From an uncultured Mycoplasmatota bacterium (GTDB lineage Bacteria > Bacillota_I > Bacilli_A > RF39 > UBA660), in NCBI GenBank assembly GCA_900548725.1, contig URLV01000001.1:3591-67590 (forward strand): DNA of 64,000 bases. Reading direction: 5' to 3'. Positions 11,965 to 21,500 of this stretch are shown here, piece by piece. The number at the start of each line of letters is the position of its first letter. Within the stretch, counting starts at the first letter, position 1. A model generated the notes under the pieces. The model had not been told where the DNA came from. It searched no databases and saw only the letters and a program-made list of their open reading frames with translations. A program made the translations under genes and the position numbers.

Positions 11965-13137
11965 TTAGTTTTCTAAAGATTTCTTTAATTCTAAAATATA
12001 CTGTATTCTAAGATTTATTTGATAAATTATTTTATCTATTCTTTCTTTTGATATCAATTTATTTTTTGAAAGTATATTTTTGACCTCATCAGTAAAATTT
12101 TCTAATTTAGAAACATCAAACCAATCCAAATTTTTTACTAATCTAATTTGAGTTTTTTCGTAATCATCAAAAGGTTTTGTTAAAAAGAATTCCCCTACAT
12201 ACATATCATTTTCATCATACCACAAAGAACATCCATTATCGAATATTGGAGCAACACCTACAAATTCTAAAGTATTAACATCTCTTATAACACCAAAATT
12301 ATTAAAATGTCTATCTTTATTTGCAATTATAAAATCACATACTATCATTTTATTTATTAAAGTTTCTGCATCTTTAAGTCCTAACTTATTTAAACAATTT
12401 AAATAATGGGTATATTTATTTTCATCATTTATAAATTCAAAAAAATCATTTATTTTCCAAGCAGGAACTAATTCTGTATCCTTTGTAATAAAATTTTTAC
12501 ATTTTGATATAGCTCTCTCATTATCATAAATTACACTATACGAAACATATTCGTTTTTATTCAACAATCTTTCATAAAGTTTAGTAGCAATTAACTCATT
12601 AAAAGGTTCTTGATTATAAATCTTACTTCCAGCTTTCAATAAATATCTATCTCCATCTATTATTTTCCATCTTTTTTCATAATTACCATTACTTGTCATA
12701 TCAGGAGTATTCAAATTCAACTTCAAAGATGTTTTACCACCACTAAATAATATTTTACCTATATCTTCGGAAAACTCATTATCAAAAAAATTAATTTTCT
12801 CCCACTTTATATCTTCATCAATACTCTTTACCCAATATTGGTCTGATAAAGAAAGACAATAAGCTTTTGAATCTAACAAATCAAAATTATCTTTATCATA
12901 AATATAACTATTATGCAAAACTTCTTTTAAACCATTTCTAGACGCTGGAATTTGTCTATTCTTCCACCATTTATTAAATTCTACTTTATTTATTTCATTG
13001 TTTTTTATTAAACCAAATGGTGCATAATCTTCATTTAAAGGATAATTTCTTTCAAAATCAACAATAATATGTTGTTCTTCATCATAAATAAAATCAAATA
13101 TTTTTTTATTTTTATTCATTAACGTAAATTTCGCCAA
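11965..13137 (-). CDS. HipA-like serine/threonine kinase family protein (no adjacent HipB)
   Basis: The C-terminal region IIANKDRHFNNFGV...APIFDNGCSL resembles the HipA_C catalytic and Mg-binding motifs, which in HipA read ..D.H.KNFS.. and ..AP.YD... Confidence 0.45.
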   Translation of the reverse strand: MAKFTLMNKNKKIFDFIYDEEQHIIVDFERNYPLNEDYAPFGLIKNNEINKVEFNKWWKNRQIPASRNGLKEVLHNSYIYDKDNFDLLDSKAYCLSLSDQYWVKSIDEDIKWEKINFFDNEFSEDIGKILFSGGKTSLKLNLNTPDMTSNGNYEKRWKIIDGDRYLLKAGSKIYNQEPFNELIATKLYERLLNKNEYVSYSVIYDNERAISKCKNFITKDTELVPAWKINDFFEFINDENKYTHYLNCLNKLGLKDAETLINKMIVCDFIIANKDRHFNNFGVIRDVNTLEFVGVAPIFDNGCSLWYDENDMYVGEFFLTKPFDDYEKTQIRLVKNLDWFDVSKLENFTDEVKNILSKNKLISKERIDKIIYQINLRIQYILELKKSLEN

Positions 13138-13222
13138 GATTGCACCTCTTTCTAAATTACATCTAACAATATTATATCATACAATCCTAATAAAATAGAC
13201 TTTATAGTTATTTTTATATAAT

Positions 13223-14575
13223 TTATTTAAATTCTTTTTTTATACATCTTTCAATATTCTCCTTTATATTAGACAAATAATATTTTCTCATATCATCTAA
13301 AATATAACCAATAACTTCAAAAGAAACTTCTCTTTGATTTCTATCAGTAGTATCAATTAAATAAAAATTAATATCTTCCTTATTAGCCAATTCTTTCATA
13401 TTTAATAACGATTTATTATACTCATCAACATTCTTTTCATTTAAAAAGTTTCTTTTTTCAATAGATAAATTAGCATTATAATCTCTACTAATTGCAGTAA
13501 AACTATCTGTATAGGTTGCAATAACAATATTTATTTTATCTTTTATTAAAGGAATATATTCTAATTTATAATTATTATAATTTTTTAAATCTAATTCATC
13601 TTTTAAAAATAATCTATCTACCCATATTAATCTATCAAAAAGTGACCTATCAACAATTATAATATCATTATTACATTCAATTGTTTCATTCAACTGTTTC
13701 AAAACATATTTTGGTATTTCAAAATTGACTGTACTAGTATAATAATTTTTTAACTTAGGATATATATTTTTCTTATAATTATCAGAAGTAGTAAACTCCT
13801 CTAAAATATCAACACTAAATTTACCTTTTTTAAAAAAATCTTTCAAATTATTTATTAATGTAGTTTTTCCAGTTCTAGGTGTACCAGTAAACTCTATAAC
13901 ATATGGTTTAAAATTAAATATAGTAGATAATTTTTTAATCTCTTGTTTTTGATAATGTATCTTTTTCAACATTTTAATTTCTTTTTCATTATCTTTAAAC
14001 ACATTATCTAGTATCTCAAAATTATTAACGTCACCAAAAATTTCATCAATTAAATTTTTTAATTTTTTAAACATTTCAAAATTTTCATCTTCATTTAATA
14101 TTAAACTATCATAAAGTGAAGTAAAATACCACTTTTGTTTTTCATATCCTCTATTAAAATTTGAAAAATCATATTTACCATTTTTTTCAAACACTATTTG
14201 TAAGTCTTCTAAATTCGATATTTTATCAGCACAAACAACTGACTTATGTCTAATATCTAATGTTTTAACTTCATCTATTGTATATTGTTTTCTTTCTTCC
14301 CAAGATAATTTTTTATCTGGTTCACTATCACCCATTACAAGTGATAAAATATCTTCTCCAAATTCTTTTAATATATCTTTATCCTCATATTTAGTATCTT
14401 CAACTACATCATGCAAATAACCCGCAGCTATAACATTATCATCAAAATCATATTCACTCAAAATATTTGCAACATTAATCGGATGAATAATCATAGATTT
14501 ATCTCTTTCATTTTTTCTTACTTGTCCATAATGTGCATTTATTGCAAATAATTTTGCCTTTTCTTTTATATCCAT
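13223..14575 (-). CDS. fusion protein: N-terminal SpoT/Rel-type HD (p)ppGpp hydrolase (small alarmone hydrolase) + C-terminal P-loop nucleoside/nucleotide-kinase-like domain
   Basis: The N-terminus reads AINAHYGQVRKNERDKSMIIHPINVANILSEYDFDDNVIAAGYLHDVVEDT...VVCADKISNLEDL, a RelA/SpoT hydrolase HD signature. The C-terminus has Walker A FTGTPRTGKTTLINNL and a DRSLFDRLIW motif resembling the ERS motif of the dNK/thymidylate-kinase family. Confidence 0.6.
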   Translation of the reverse strand: MDIKEKAKLFAINAHYGQVRKNERDKSMIIHPINVANILSEYDFDDNVIAAGYLHDVVEDTKYEDKDILKEFGEDILSLVMGDSEPDKKLSWEERKQYTIDEVKTLDIRHKSVVCADKISNLEDLQIVFEKNGKYDFSNFNRGYEKQKWYFTSLYDSLILNEDENFEMFKKLKNLIDEIFGDVNNFEILDNVFKDNEKEIKMLKKIHYQKQEIKKLSTIFNFKPYVIEFTGTPRTGKTTLINNLKDFFKKGKFSVDILEEFTTSDNYKKNIYPKLKNYYTSTVNFEIPKYVLKQLNETIECNNDIIIVDRSLFDRLIWVDRLFLKDELDLKNYNNYKLEYIPLIKDKINIVIATYTDSFTAISRDYNANLSIEKRNFLNEKNVDEYNKSLLNMKELANKEDINFYLIDTTDRNQREVSFEVIGYILDDMRKYYLSNIKENIERCIKKEFK

Positions 14576-14652
14576 ACTACCACCATCACTATCAAATTAA
14601 TTATACAATATACTTTATAATTATCAAAAAAACAACCACCATAGGCAGTCAT

Positions 14653-14958
14653 CTAAATATTATAATTTATTAAATCATCTATAGAATTATTTAATAAATA
14701 TAAAAGCATGTTTTTATCTAATTTAGTAAAATTTTGCTTAACTAATGATAATGGTAAGAAAAATAAATCTATTCTATTTTTAATAACATTATAAATATCT
14801 TCCACACCAAAATCTTTTAAATATTTTATAATTTCTTTAACGTTTCTCTTAGAAAAATTTAAATTCTTAAGAAGAACATTATCATAAGTATTAATTATAT
14901 CTTTAATCTGATCATCACTTAAATCATATTCTTTGAGATAACTTAACACTTTCCTCAC
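14653..14958 (-). CDS. hypothetical protein (101 aa), operon member
   Basis: ORF track. The gene overlaps its upstream neighbour by 35 nt. No motif was recognised. Confidence 0.35.
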   Translation of the reverse strand: MRKVLSYLKEYDLSDDQIKDIINTYDNVLLKNLNFSKRNVKEIIKYLKDFGVEDIYNVIKNRIDLFFLPLSLVKQNFTKLDKNMLLYLLNNSIDDLINYNI

Positions 14959-15598
14959 CCATTTCTAATAGAGGTCTTACTGCATTAATAACTTCTTCTA
15001 TATTTGCTACATTATTTTTATATTTTAAACAACTAACAAATATATCCAAGTCTTTTTCTTTCCCTCTATAATTACATAAATTACGTAAAACTCTTTCTCT
15101 ACTAACTACATGTACTCCAAAAGAATAAGTTCCTTCTTTATTTAAGTATTTGTTATCAAGCTCTGAAACTATGTTCTTTATTACATTATGGTCATTAAAG
15201 AAATTTTCTAAACGTACTTCATCAAAGTTTTCATTAACAAACATTTTATTAAGTAAAACCTCTTCATCAGACGAAGTACTATCTATTTTACCATAAAGTG
15301 ATTTATCTTTGCAAGTTTTTGCTTCTCCATAAGTTTTTTGTATGTTAAGACCTCTGATAAAATCAATATTATCTAAACTTACTCCATCACTTTTTTTCCA
15401 TAATCCTTTTTCTATTAAATAATCTAATCTATCACTTAAAGATTGCATACCAAGTATCACATAACCATTGTTATTATTATCATTAGTTAAACTAATACCG
15501 TATCTACTTAAAACATGAATGTTGTCAAAAATAACATTAGGTTTAGTTACTAAAACACCACCAACATGTTCTAAAACATTTTTACATATTGCCCCCAC
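14924..15598 (-). CDS. hypothetical protein (224 aa), operon member
   Basis: ORF track. Its start overlaps the stop of the upstream gene. No motif was recognised. Confidence 0.4.
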   Translation of the reverse strand: MGAICKNVLEHVGGVLVTKPNVIFDNIHVLSRYGISLTNDNNNNGYVILGMQSLSDRLDYLIEKGLWKKSDGVSLDNIDFIRGLNIQKTYGEAKTCKDKSLYGKIDSTSSDEEVLLNKMFVNENFDEVRLENFFNDHNVIKNIVSELDNKYLNKEGTYSFGVHVVSRERVLRNLCNYRGKEKDLDIFVSCLKYKNNVANIEEVINAVRPLLEMGEESVKLSQRI

Positions 15599-16512
15599 TA
15601 ATTATCAACCTCCACGCTATTAAGTTTATCAACTAATCCTTTATTAATATTATAATCATTAACAAAGAAAACATCAAAATTAAGCATTTTCTTAAAATCA
15701 ACATTATTTTCTTTTATCAAATTATAATTATTAACAAAATTATCATAATTACACATAACACAATTATATTTACATTTACTATTAACTAAATCTTTAATAA
15801 ATATAGAAGGTATATTACTTACTACTTTATTAATATTTGCATGTTCATTTTCAAATATCTTTATTATATCATTTACATTATCTAAATTAGAATGTAACAT
15901 AATACTAATTAAAACATTTTTATCCTCTAACTTATCAAATAAAACCCTTTTCATTCCATTATCAGTTTTTATATTAATAGCAAAACTTTTAAATTTTTCT
16001 AAATCAACATATTTACTTAAATCATTTAATAAATCTTTATCTATATCATTTTCATTAATTTCCAAATAATCAAGTATATCTTTTAATTTAACATCAATAT
16101 TATCAAAATTAATATCAGAAGAAATAGGTATATCTTGAGATTTAACTTTCTTATTCATCAAATAAATATTATATCTATTTAAATTAAGCATAATATCATA
16201 CATAATAAAATCTATACCCTTATTTATATTATTAACAATGTCTTTTAGATAACCATCAACATTATCTCTAGTTGTATCATATTTTTCTTTTAAATATTCA
16301 TCTAATACACTACCTATATCACATCCAGTAACTATCCTACTAACTTCTTTATAGTTAGTAATATATTGAATTTTTTCTGTACGATTTTTAACACCATTTA
16401 AAATACTAATAATATTTTCTATATCTTTTAATGAATTTTTATCGTGTTCTTTATTTTCTTCACATTTTTTAAACATAGAAAAATATTCTAGTAATACATC
16501 AATAAATTCCAA
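15598..16512 (-). CDS. hypothetical protein (304 aa) with C-terminal CKYNCVMCNYD cysteine cluster, operon member
   Basis: ORF track, with 1-nt overlap to the next gene. The cluster has four Cys within 9 residues near the C-terminus. Confidence 0.4.
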   Translation of the reverse strand: MEFIDVLLEYFSMFKKCEENKEHDKNSLKDIENIISILNGVKNRTEKIQYITNYKEVSRIVTGCDIGSVLDEYLKEKYDTTRDNVDGYLKDIVNNINKGIDFIMYDIMLNLNRYNIYLMNKKVKSQDIPISSDINFDNIDVKLKDILDYLEINENDIDKDLLNDLSKYVDLEKFKSFAINIKTDNGMKRVLFDKLEDKNVLISIMLHSNLDNVNDIIKIFENEHANINKVVSNIPSIFIKDLVNSKCKYNCVMCNYDNFVNNYNLIKENNVDFKKMLNFDVFFVNDYNINKGLVDKLNSVEVDN

Positions 16513-16523
16513 AATATTACCTC

Positions 16524-17486
16524 CTAACTTTCAATTTTTTTAATAACATCATAACTATCTACTAATTCAAGTAAATCTTTTAAATTTTTCTCTATTTTTA
16601 AAGCATCACTATCTTTATCTTCCTTAAGCATTTCTTTAGTTTCTTTATAAATTTTATTCATTGTATCTAAAATAGGAACTTTTTGATATTTAACTAACAT
16701 ATCATTATTTAAATTCATTTTCTCTATTTGTTCATCATCATAATCTAATATTTCTAATGAGGTTTTAATAATCTCATCAGTTATATTATTAATTAAATTT
16801 TTTTCTCTAATCAAAATACTTTCTACAAAAGATAATATTTCTTCATCACTATACTCTATAACATCATTTTTTTTATCGGCTTCACTTTTTCTAGCAAAGT
16901 CAATATTCTTTTCGCCTATATATTCCAATATTTGCCATTTTTCACTAGTAATAATTCCACTTTTTTTAAGAACTTCATTAAATTCTTCTATATCATATAT
17001 AGGTTTAATTAATTTATCATTCTTAAAATAACTTATATACTTTTTATATAAATTATTACTTATCTTCAAACTATTATAATATTCTTTATTATTATTATTA
17101 AAATCTTTAATATACTCTTTAATATATTTTATTTGTTCATCAAGCCAACTAATATATGATTCTATCTGTTCTTTATTGCTAACATTTATTTCTCCATCAC
17201 TTACTAGTTTTTGATTAACTTTTATACTAACTGTTGCATTAAAGAAAATTTTCATTTTTTCTTCTTTGTCATCAAAATTAAATACGTCTAATATTTTCAT
17301 AAAGTCATCTTTATCAAGTAAGGCCAAATCCTCCCCTTTTAAATCATCTATATCCTTTAACGTTTTCAATGTAAGCATATTTTTAACATCAGTTATTCTA
17401 TCCATCTTACTTTGAAAATCTTTTAACTGCTCATCAACAGTATCTATTTTCTTAGATAACTCTGTTATAAAGGAATTGATATACAT
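16524..17486 (-). CDS. hypothetical coiled-coil-rich protein (320 aa), first gene of operon
   Basis: ORF track. The RBS is GGAGG. The promoter TTGTTT-N17-TATACT lies upstream on the minus strand. Confidence 0.45.
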   Translation of the reverse strand: MYINSFITELSKKIDTVDEQLKDFQSKMDRITDVKNMLTLKTLKDIDDLKGEDLALLDKDDFMKILDVFNFDDKEEKMKIFFNATVSIKVNQKLVSDGEINVSNKEQIESYISWLDEQIKYIKEYIKDFNNNNKEYYNSLKISNNLYKKYISYFKNDKLIKPIYDIEEFNEVLKKSGIITSEKWQILEYIGEKNIDFARKSEADKKNDVIEYSDEEILSFVESILIREKNLINNITDEIIKTSLEILDYDDEQIEKMNLNNDMLVKYQKVPILDTMNKIYKETKEMLKEDKDSDALKIEKNLKDLLELVDSYDVIKKIES

Positions 17487-17512
17487 AATATCTAGCCTCC
17501 AATACTATAAAA

Positions 17513-17541
17513 AGTATAACATATTTTTTATATGAAAACAA
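17513..17541 (-). promoter_or_regulatory. putative sigma-A promoter (TTGTTT-N17-TATACT) of the six-gene minus-strand operon
   Basis: Read on the minus strand it is ...TTGTTTtcatataaaaaatatgtTATACT..., followed by GGAGG and the ATG at 17486. Confidence 0.35.
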
Positions 17542-17584
17542 TTGTTTTATCTGATTTTTAATCTATTTTTTATGTTTTATCTTA

Positions 17585-17613
17585 TTGTAAGAATAGTCTA
17601 ATTAAAGTATAAT
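17585..17613 (+). promoter_or_regulatory. putative sigma-A promoter (TTGTAA-N17-TATAAT) for divergent plus-strand small genes
   Basis: The -10 is perfect and the spacing is 17 nt. RBS AGGAAGTGA follows, then the ATG at 17633. Confidence 0.4.
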
Positions 17614-17632
17614 TAAAATAGGAAGTGATTTC

Positions 17633-18049
17633 ATGACAACATTAAAATCAAAAATAAAAATAGTAGACTCATTACCATATGTAGAAAAGAAAAAAACTAA
17701 TCCCTTAAAAATACTCATAATACCAGTAATTATTCTACTAATAACACTTGTTATTTATTTAACATATAACAGATTACTTCCATACATTAATGCGGTAAAC
17801 ATAAATAAAATAGTAGGTAAAAAAACAAATATTACAGAATGTAATACTAAAGATTATATAATAATTAACGACGATAAATCATACACGATGAGTTTAACAG
17901 ACAATAACTGTATAACTAACTATTATGAAGGAAACTTATCAATAAAAAATAATATAATAACATTTACTAAAACAATCAAAGGAACAATAGACAATAATTA
18001 TAATATTATAATAAACAACAACATATTCGAGGATGATAAAAATGAATAA
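17633..18049 (+). CDS. hypothetical membrane-anchored small protein (138 aa)
   Basis: It has an N-terminal TM (LKILIIPVIILLITLVIYL) and a Cys/Asn-rich C-terminal domain. Confidence 0.4.
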   Translation: MTTLKSKIKIVDSLPYVEKKKTNPLKILIIPVIILLITLVIYLTYNRLLPYINAVNINKIVGKKTNITECNTKDYIIINDDKSYTMSLTDNNCITNYYEGNLSIKNNIITFTKTIKGTIDNNYNIIINNNIFEDDKNE

Positions 18050-18305
18050 AGAGATAAATGACATATTAAATAATATAGATTTTGAAAACAATAAACTTAT
18101 TAAAATAAATGAAAATTTATATTTAACCAATAATCAAATAGATATTCTCAAAAGATATAATATTGATTATGAAACATCAAATAGTCTAAGAGATTTAATG
18201 ATTAAAATAGAAGATATTTTAGATTATGAAGAAGATATACCAGAACTAGAAGACCTACTAGATAAATTATCTGAAAGAAATTATTATGAATTTACAAACA
18301 AATAG
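18033..18305 (+). CDS. hypothetical acidic small protein (90 aa)
   Basis: ORF track. Its start overlaps the stop of the upstream gene, which suggests translational coupling. Confidence 0.35.
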   Translation: MIKMNKEINDILNNIDFENNKLIKINENLYLTNNQIDILKRYNIDYETSNSLRDLMIKIEDILDYEEDIPELEDLLDKLSERNYYEFTNK

Positions 18306-18325
18306 AATGTAATATCCCATACATT

Positions 18326-18547
18326 CTATTTTAATTTTTTTACAAATCTAGCTACTAAAACATCATCATAAATTGAAGAAAACGTTTCAGCATCAAAGTT
18401 AACTATATCGCCATTTCTAACATAGTTATATAATATATCTTTTTTCATTAATAAATATTTTTTTATATTTACTTTATTAAAATTATTAAGTTCAATTATA
18501 GTTCCTACATTTCCATCATAATCTTTTATTATTCCTATTTTTTTCAT
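18326..18547 (-). CDS. hypothetical small protein (73 aa), overlaps the 3' end of the 1419-aa gene by 32 nt
   Basis: ORF track. The arrangement is a translationally coupled small ORF after a giant gene. Confidence 0.35.
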   Translation of the reverse strand: MKKIGIIKDYDGNVGTIIELNNFNKVNIKKYLLMKKDILYNYVRNGDIVNFDAETFSSIYDDVLVARFVKKLK

Positions 18548-21500
18548 AACTAACTCCCATTATTTTATTTTTTACTTGATTCATTTCATCACATACAAAT
18601 TCTTTATTAAAACCTCTATCAATTATAAATTCATCTAATATATTACCAAATTCATCAAATACTATATACCAATCTTCTCCTAAATACATAGAAGATATTA
18701 AATTTTTATAACCACAACTCTCATTATAAATTTGTATATCTGAAATATCTTTACCACAAACAATATCGTTAATCATTCTAATTTTATCAATTTCATTTAT
18801 TATTTCATATACATTGTTAATTAATTTAACTGGCTGTCTACTAACATCATATAGTGTTTCTTTATTATCAGTTAGTTTAATAGATGTTAAATTACCACGG
18901 CTTGTTGCTAGTACAATTGCACATGAATTAACATCAGAATAGAAATTTGATGATAATCCTTTCTTTATGTCATCACAATGTATATTAGTTATTTTATCTG
19001 TGTAAGAACGCATTGAAAAACCATCAGAAATAACCACATTATCAATAGGAATTTCATCAACTTTAGTTTTATCGATTAACATTTTTGAAAATTTTTCTAA
19101 AGCATCTATTAAATCAACGGCATCATACTTTGAATCTACACTATATCTAAGTTGATTTAAAAATATAGTATTTCCATTTCTAAATCCACTAACTCTACTA
19201 ACGAAATTACCTGTATCACTCATAAATTTTATATGAAAACCATTAACATCAGTTAAGCAAAATCTAAATAAACTATCAGCATGTCCCTTAATTCTCATAC
19301 AAGCACCTGTTCTTTCACCCATAGTTAGATTTGTCATATCAGTACTATTTGTAATTTGTACATTTATTTTTTTATTATTAATTTCAATATTTTCATTAAG
19401 TGGTGGAACACTTATTTTTTCTCTTTTATACATTTCTTTAATTAGAGCAACAGAATCATTTAATCTAACTTCACTTCTATAAGGAGCCGAATTTGGCCCA
19501 GGATTACTTTTAATTAATTTAAAATCTTCTTTTCCCAACAATTTAGTATATTTATAAGAAGTACTAGCATATATCAAAGCTTCATTTAATAAACTAGTTA
19601 AAGTAATACTTCTTTCAGTTGTTATACCATTCATTTTTCTTTCATCATTCATATGTCGATTCTGTTCAAGTAAATTAGGATAAATTCTATAAAAATTATT
19701 TAAGAATGAACATATAGTATCTTTATCTATATCCAAATCAACTTCATTAGATAAATCACTAAAAGTGTTACCCCAACCAATAAGTTTATATTTTCTCAAC
19801 AAATTTAATAAATCATTATATAAAACATCATTATTTAATAAATTATCTTTCAATAAATTTATATTCATATTGCTCAATACTGAAACTGTATCTTCTTTAG
19901 AGTAAGGTATATTATACAACTTCTTACAATCTATACAAATAAATTTATAACTATTTTTATTTAAATAAAATTTATCCATAAGATTACTAAAAATTTTCAT
20001 CAGCTGTAATACTTCGTTTTTGTTTTCAATCTTTTCACCTTTTTTAAGTAATACTATATTTTTTAATAAATTTTCATTATCTAATAATTCTTTCTCTTCC
20101 AAAGTTAAATTATTTACATCAATTCTCTTTAAGTAATAAATTATAGTTTCAACATCTTTTGTTTTAATCCATTCTCTTATAAATGAATTTTTTTCATAAG
20201 TTTCTTCCAATTTTAAATTTTCTTTACTTTTATTAAAATTATTTTTAACAAATTCATTTCTCTTTTCTAAAATATATTTATTAGTAAATATATTTAAAAT
20301 TTCTAAATTACTATTAATTTTATTTACATCATATAAATCTTTAATAAATTCATCAACTTTTTTATAATTATATTTTTTTAGTGTATTAGAAATATAATTA
20401 GTATCTTCAATCACAATATCTTTTAATTTAGAATCGCATAAATAATAACTTATTTCATCAATTTCTTTAAACAAATCTTTAAAATTACCAGAAATTAAAT
20501 AATTTCTAATTCTATTAAATATTCCTAATATATTTCTATTATTTAGAGTAAATTTTTTCTGTAATAATACACTTAATACATTATCTATATGTTGTTCATT
20601 GGTTAATATCATTTCTTGTACATTAAACATATTCATTATCTTTTTATAATTATTATCATCTAAATTCAATAAATTAATAATATTTTCACTATTTAAAAAT
20701 CTATAAACAACATTACCATATTTACTAATTAAATCAACTAAGTGATTATAAGAACATTTATAATACTCACTATAATATTTAACAACTTCTTCATCTAAAC
20801 TACCATGATTAATAAAATCATCATCATGCATAAAATTATTTATATAATCGATTCCTAAATGATACTTAATAGCATATTTAATTTTTAAATTAACATCTTT
20901 AAATGAATCTATAAATTGTTGTATAGATATATTATCATTTGCACCTAATTCAAAAAATTTATCTAAAAACTCTATTTTATATTCATCACTTATTCCAGTT
21001 ATATTAGTTAGAATTTGTAAAGCTTTTGTTTTAGAATTAACATAAATTTTTTCTATACATTCTTTCTTTTTATCTTCACTATGAATTGAGTTCAAAAACA
21101 TGATATAATCATTTTTCTCTTTAAAATTATATTTATTTAGCAAATATAATTTATAATTATCATATTCTTTATCCTTAAAACAAATCACTAATTTAGGAAA
21201 AAAGCTATCTTCTAAATTATCAACATTATTTTCAATTATTTTTAATAAATCAATTTTAATAGAATAATTTTCAACAGAAATTAAAATATTTTCAAAATAT
21301 TGTACCAATTTAATTGTATCAGGATATAAAAAATTATTAAAGTTATCTACAATAAATTTAGTATTAATTTCATTTATTGATAATGAACTTATTAGTTTAC
21401 TTATTTCTAAATCATCCAAATCAAAACTATTGTTTATAATGTATTTTCTCTTATTATCATCATTAAATTTTTCTAATATTTCCAATAATATTTTATCATC

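Noticed and set aside
17939-18130. Minus-strand 63-aa ORF overlapping the two small plus-strand genes
   Set aside because: It is I/F/Y-rich low complexity and overlaps better-supported ORFs that have promoter and RBS signals.
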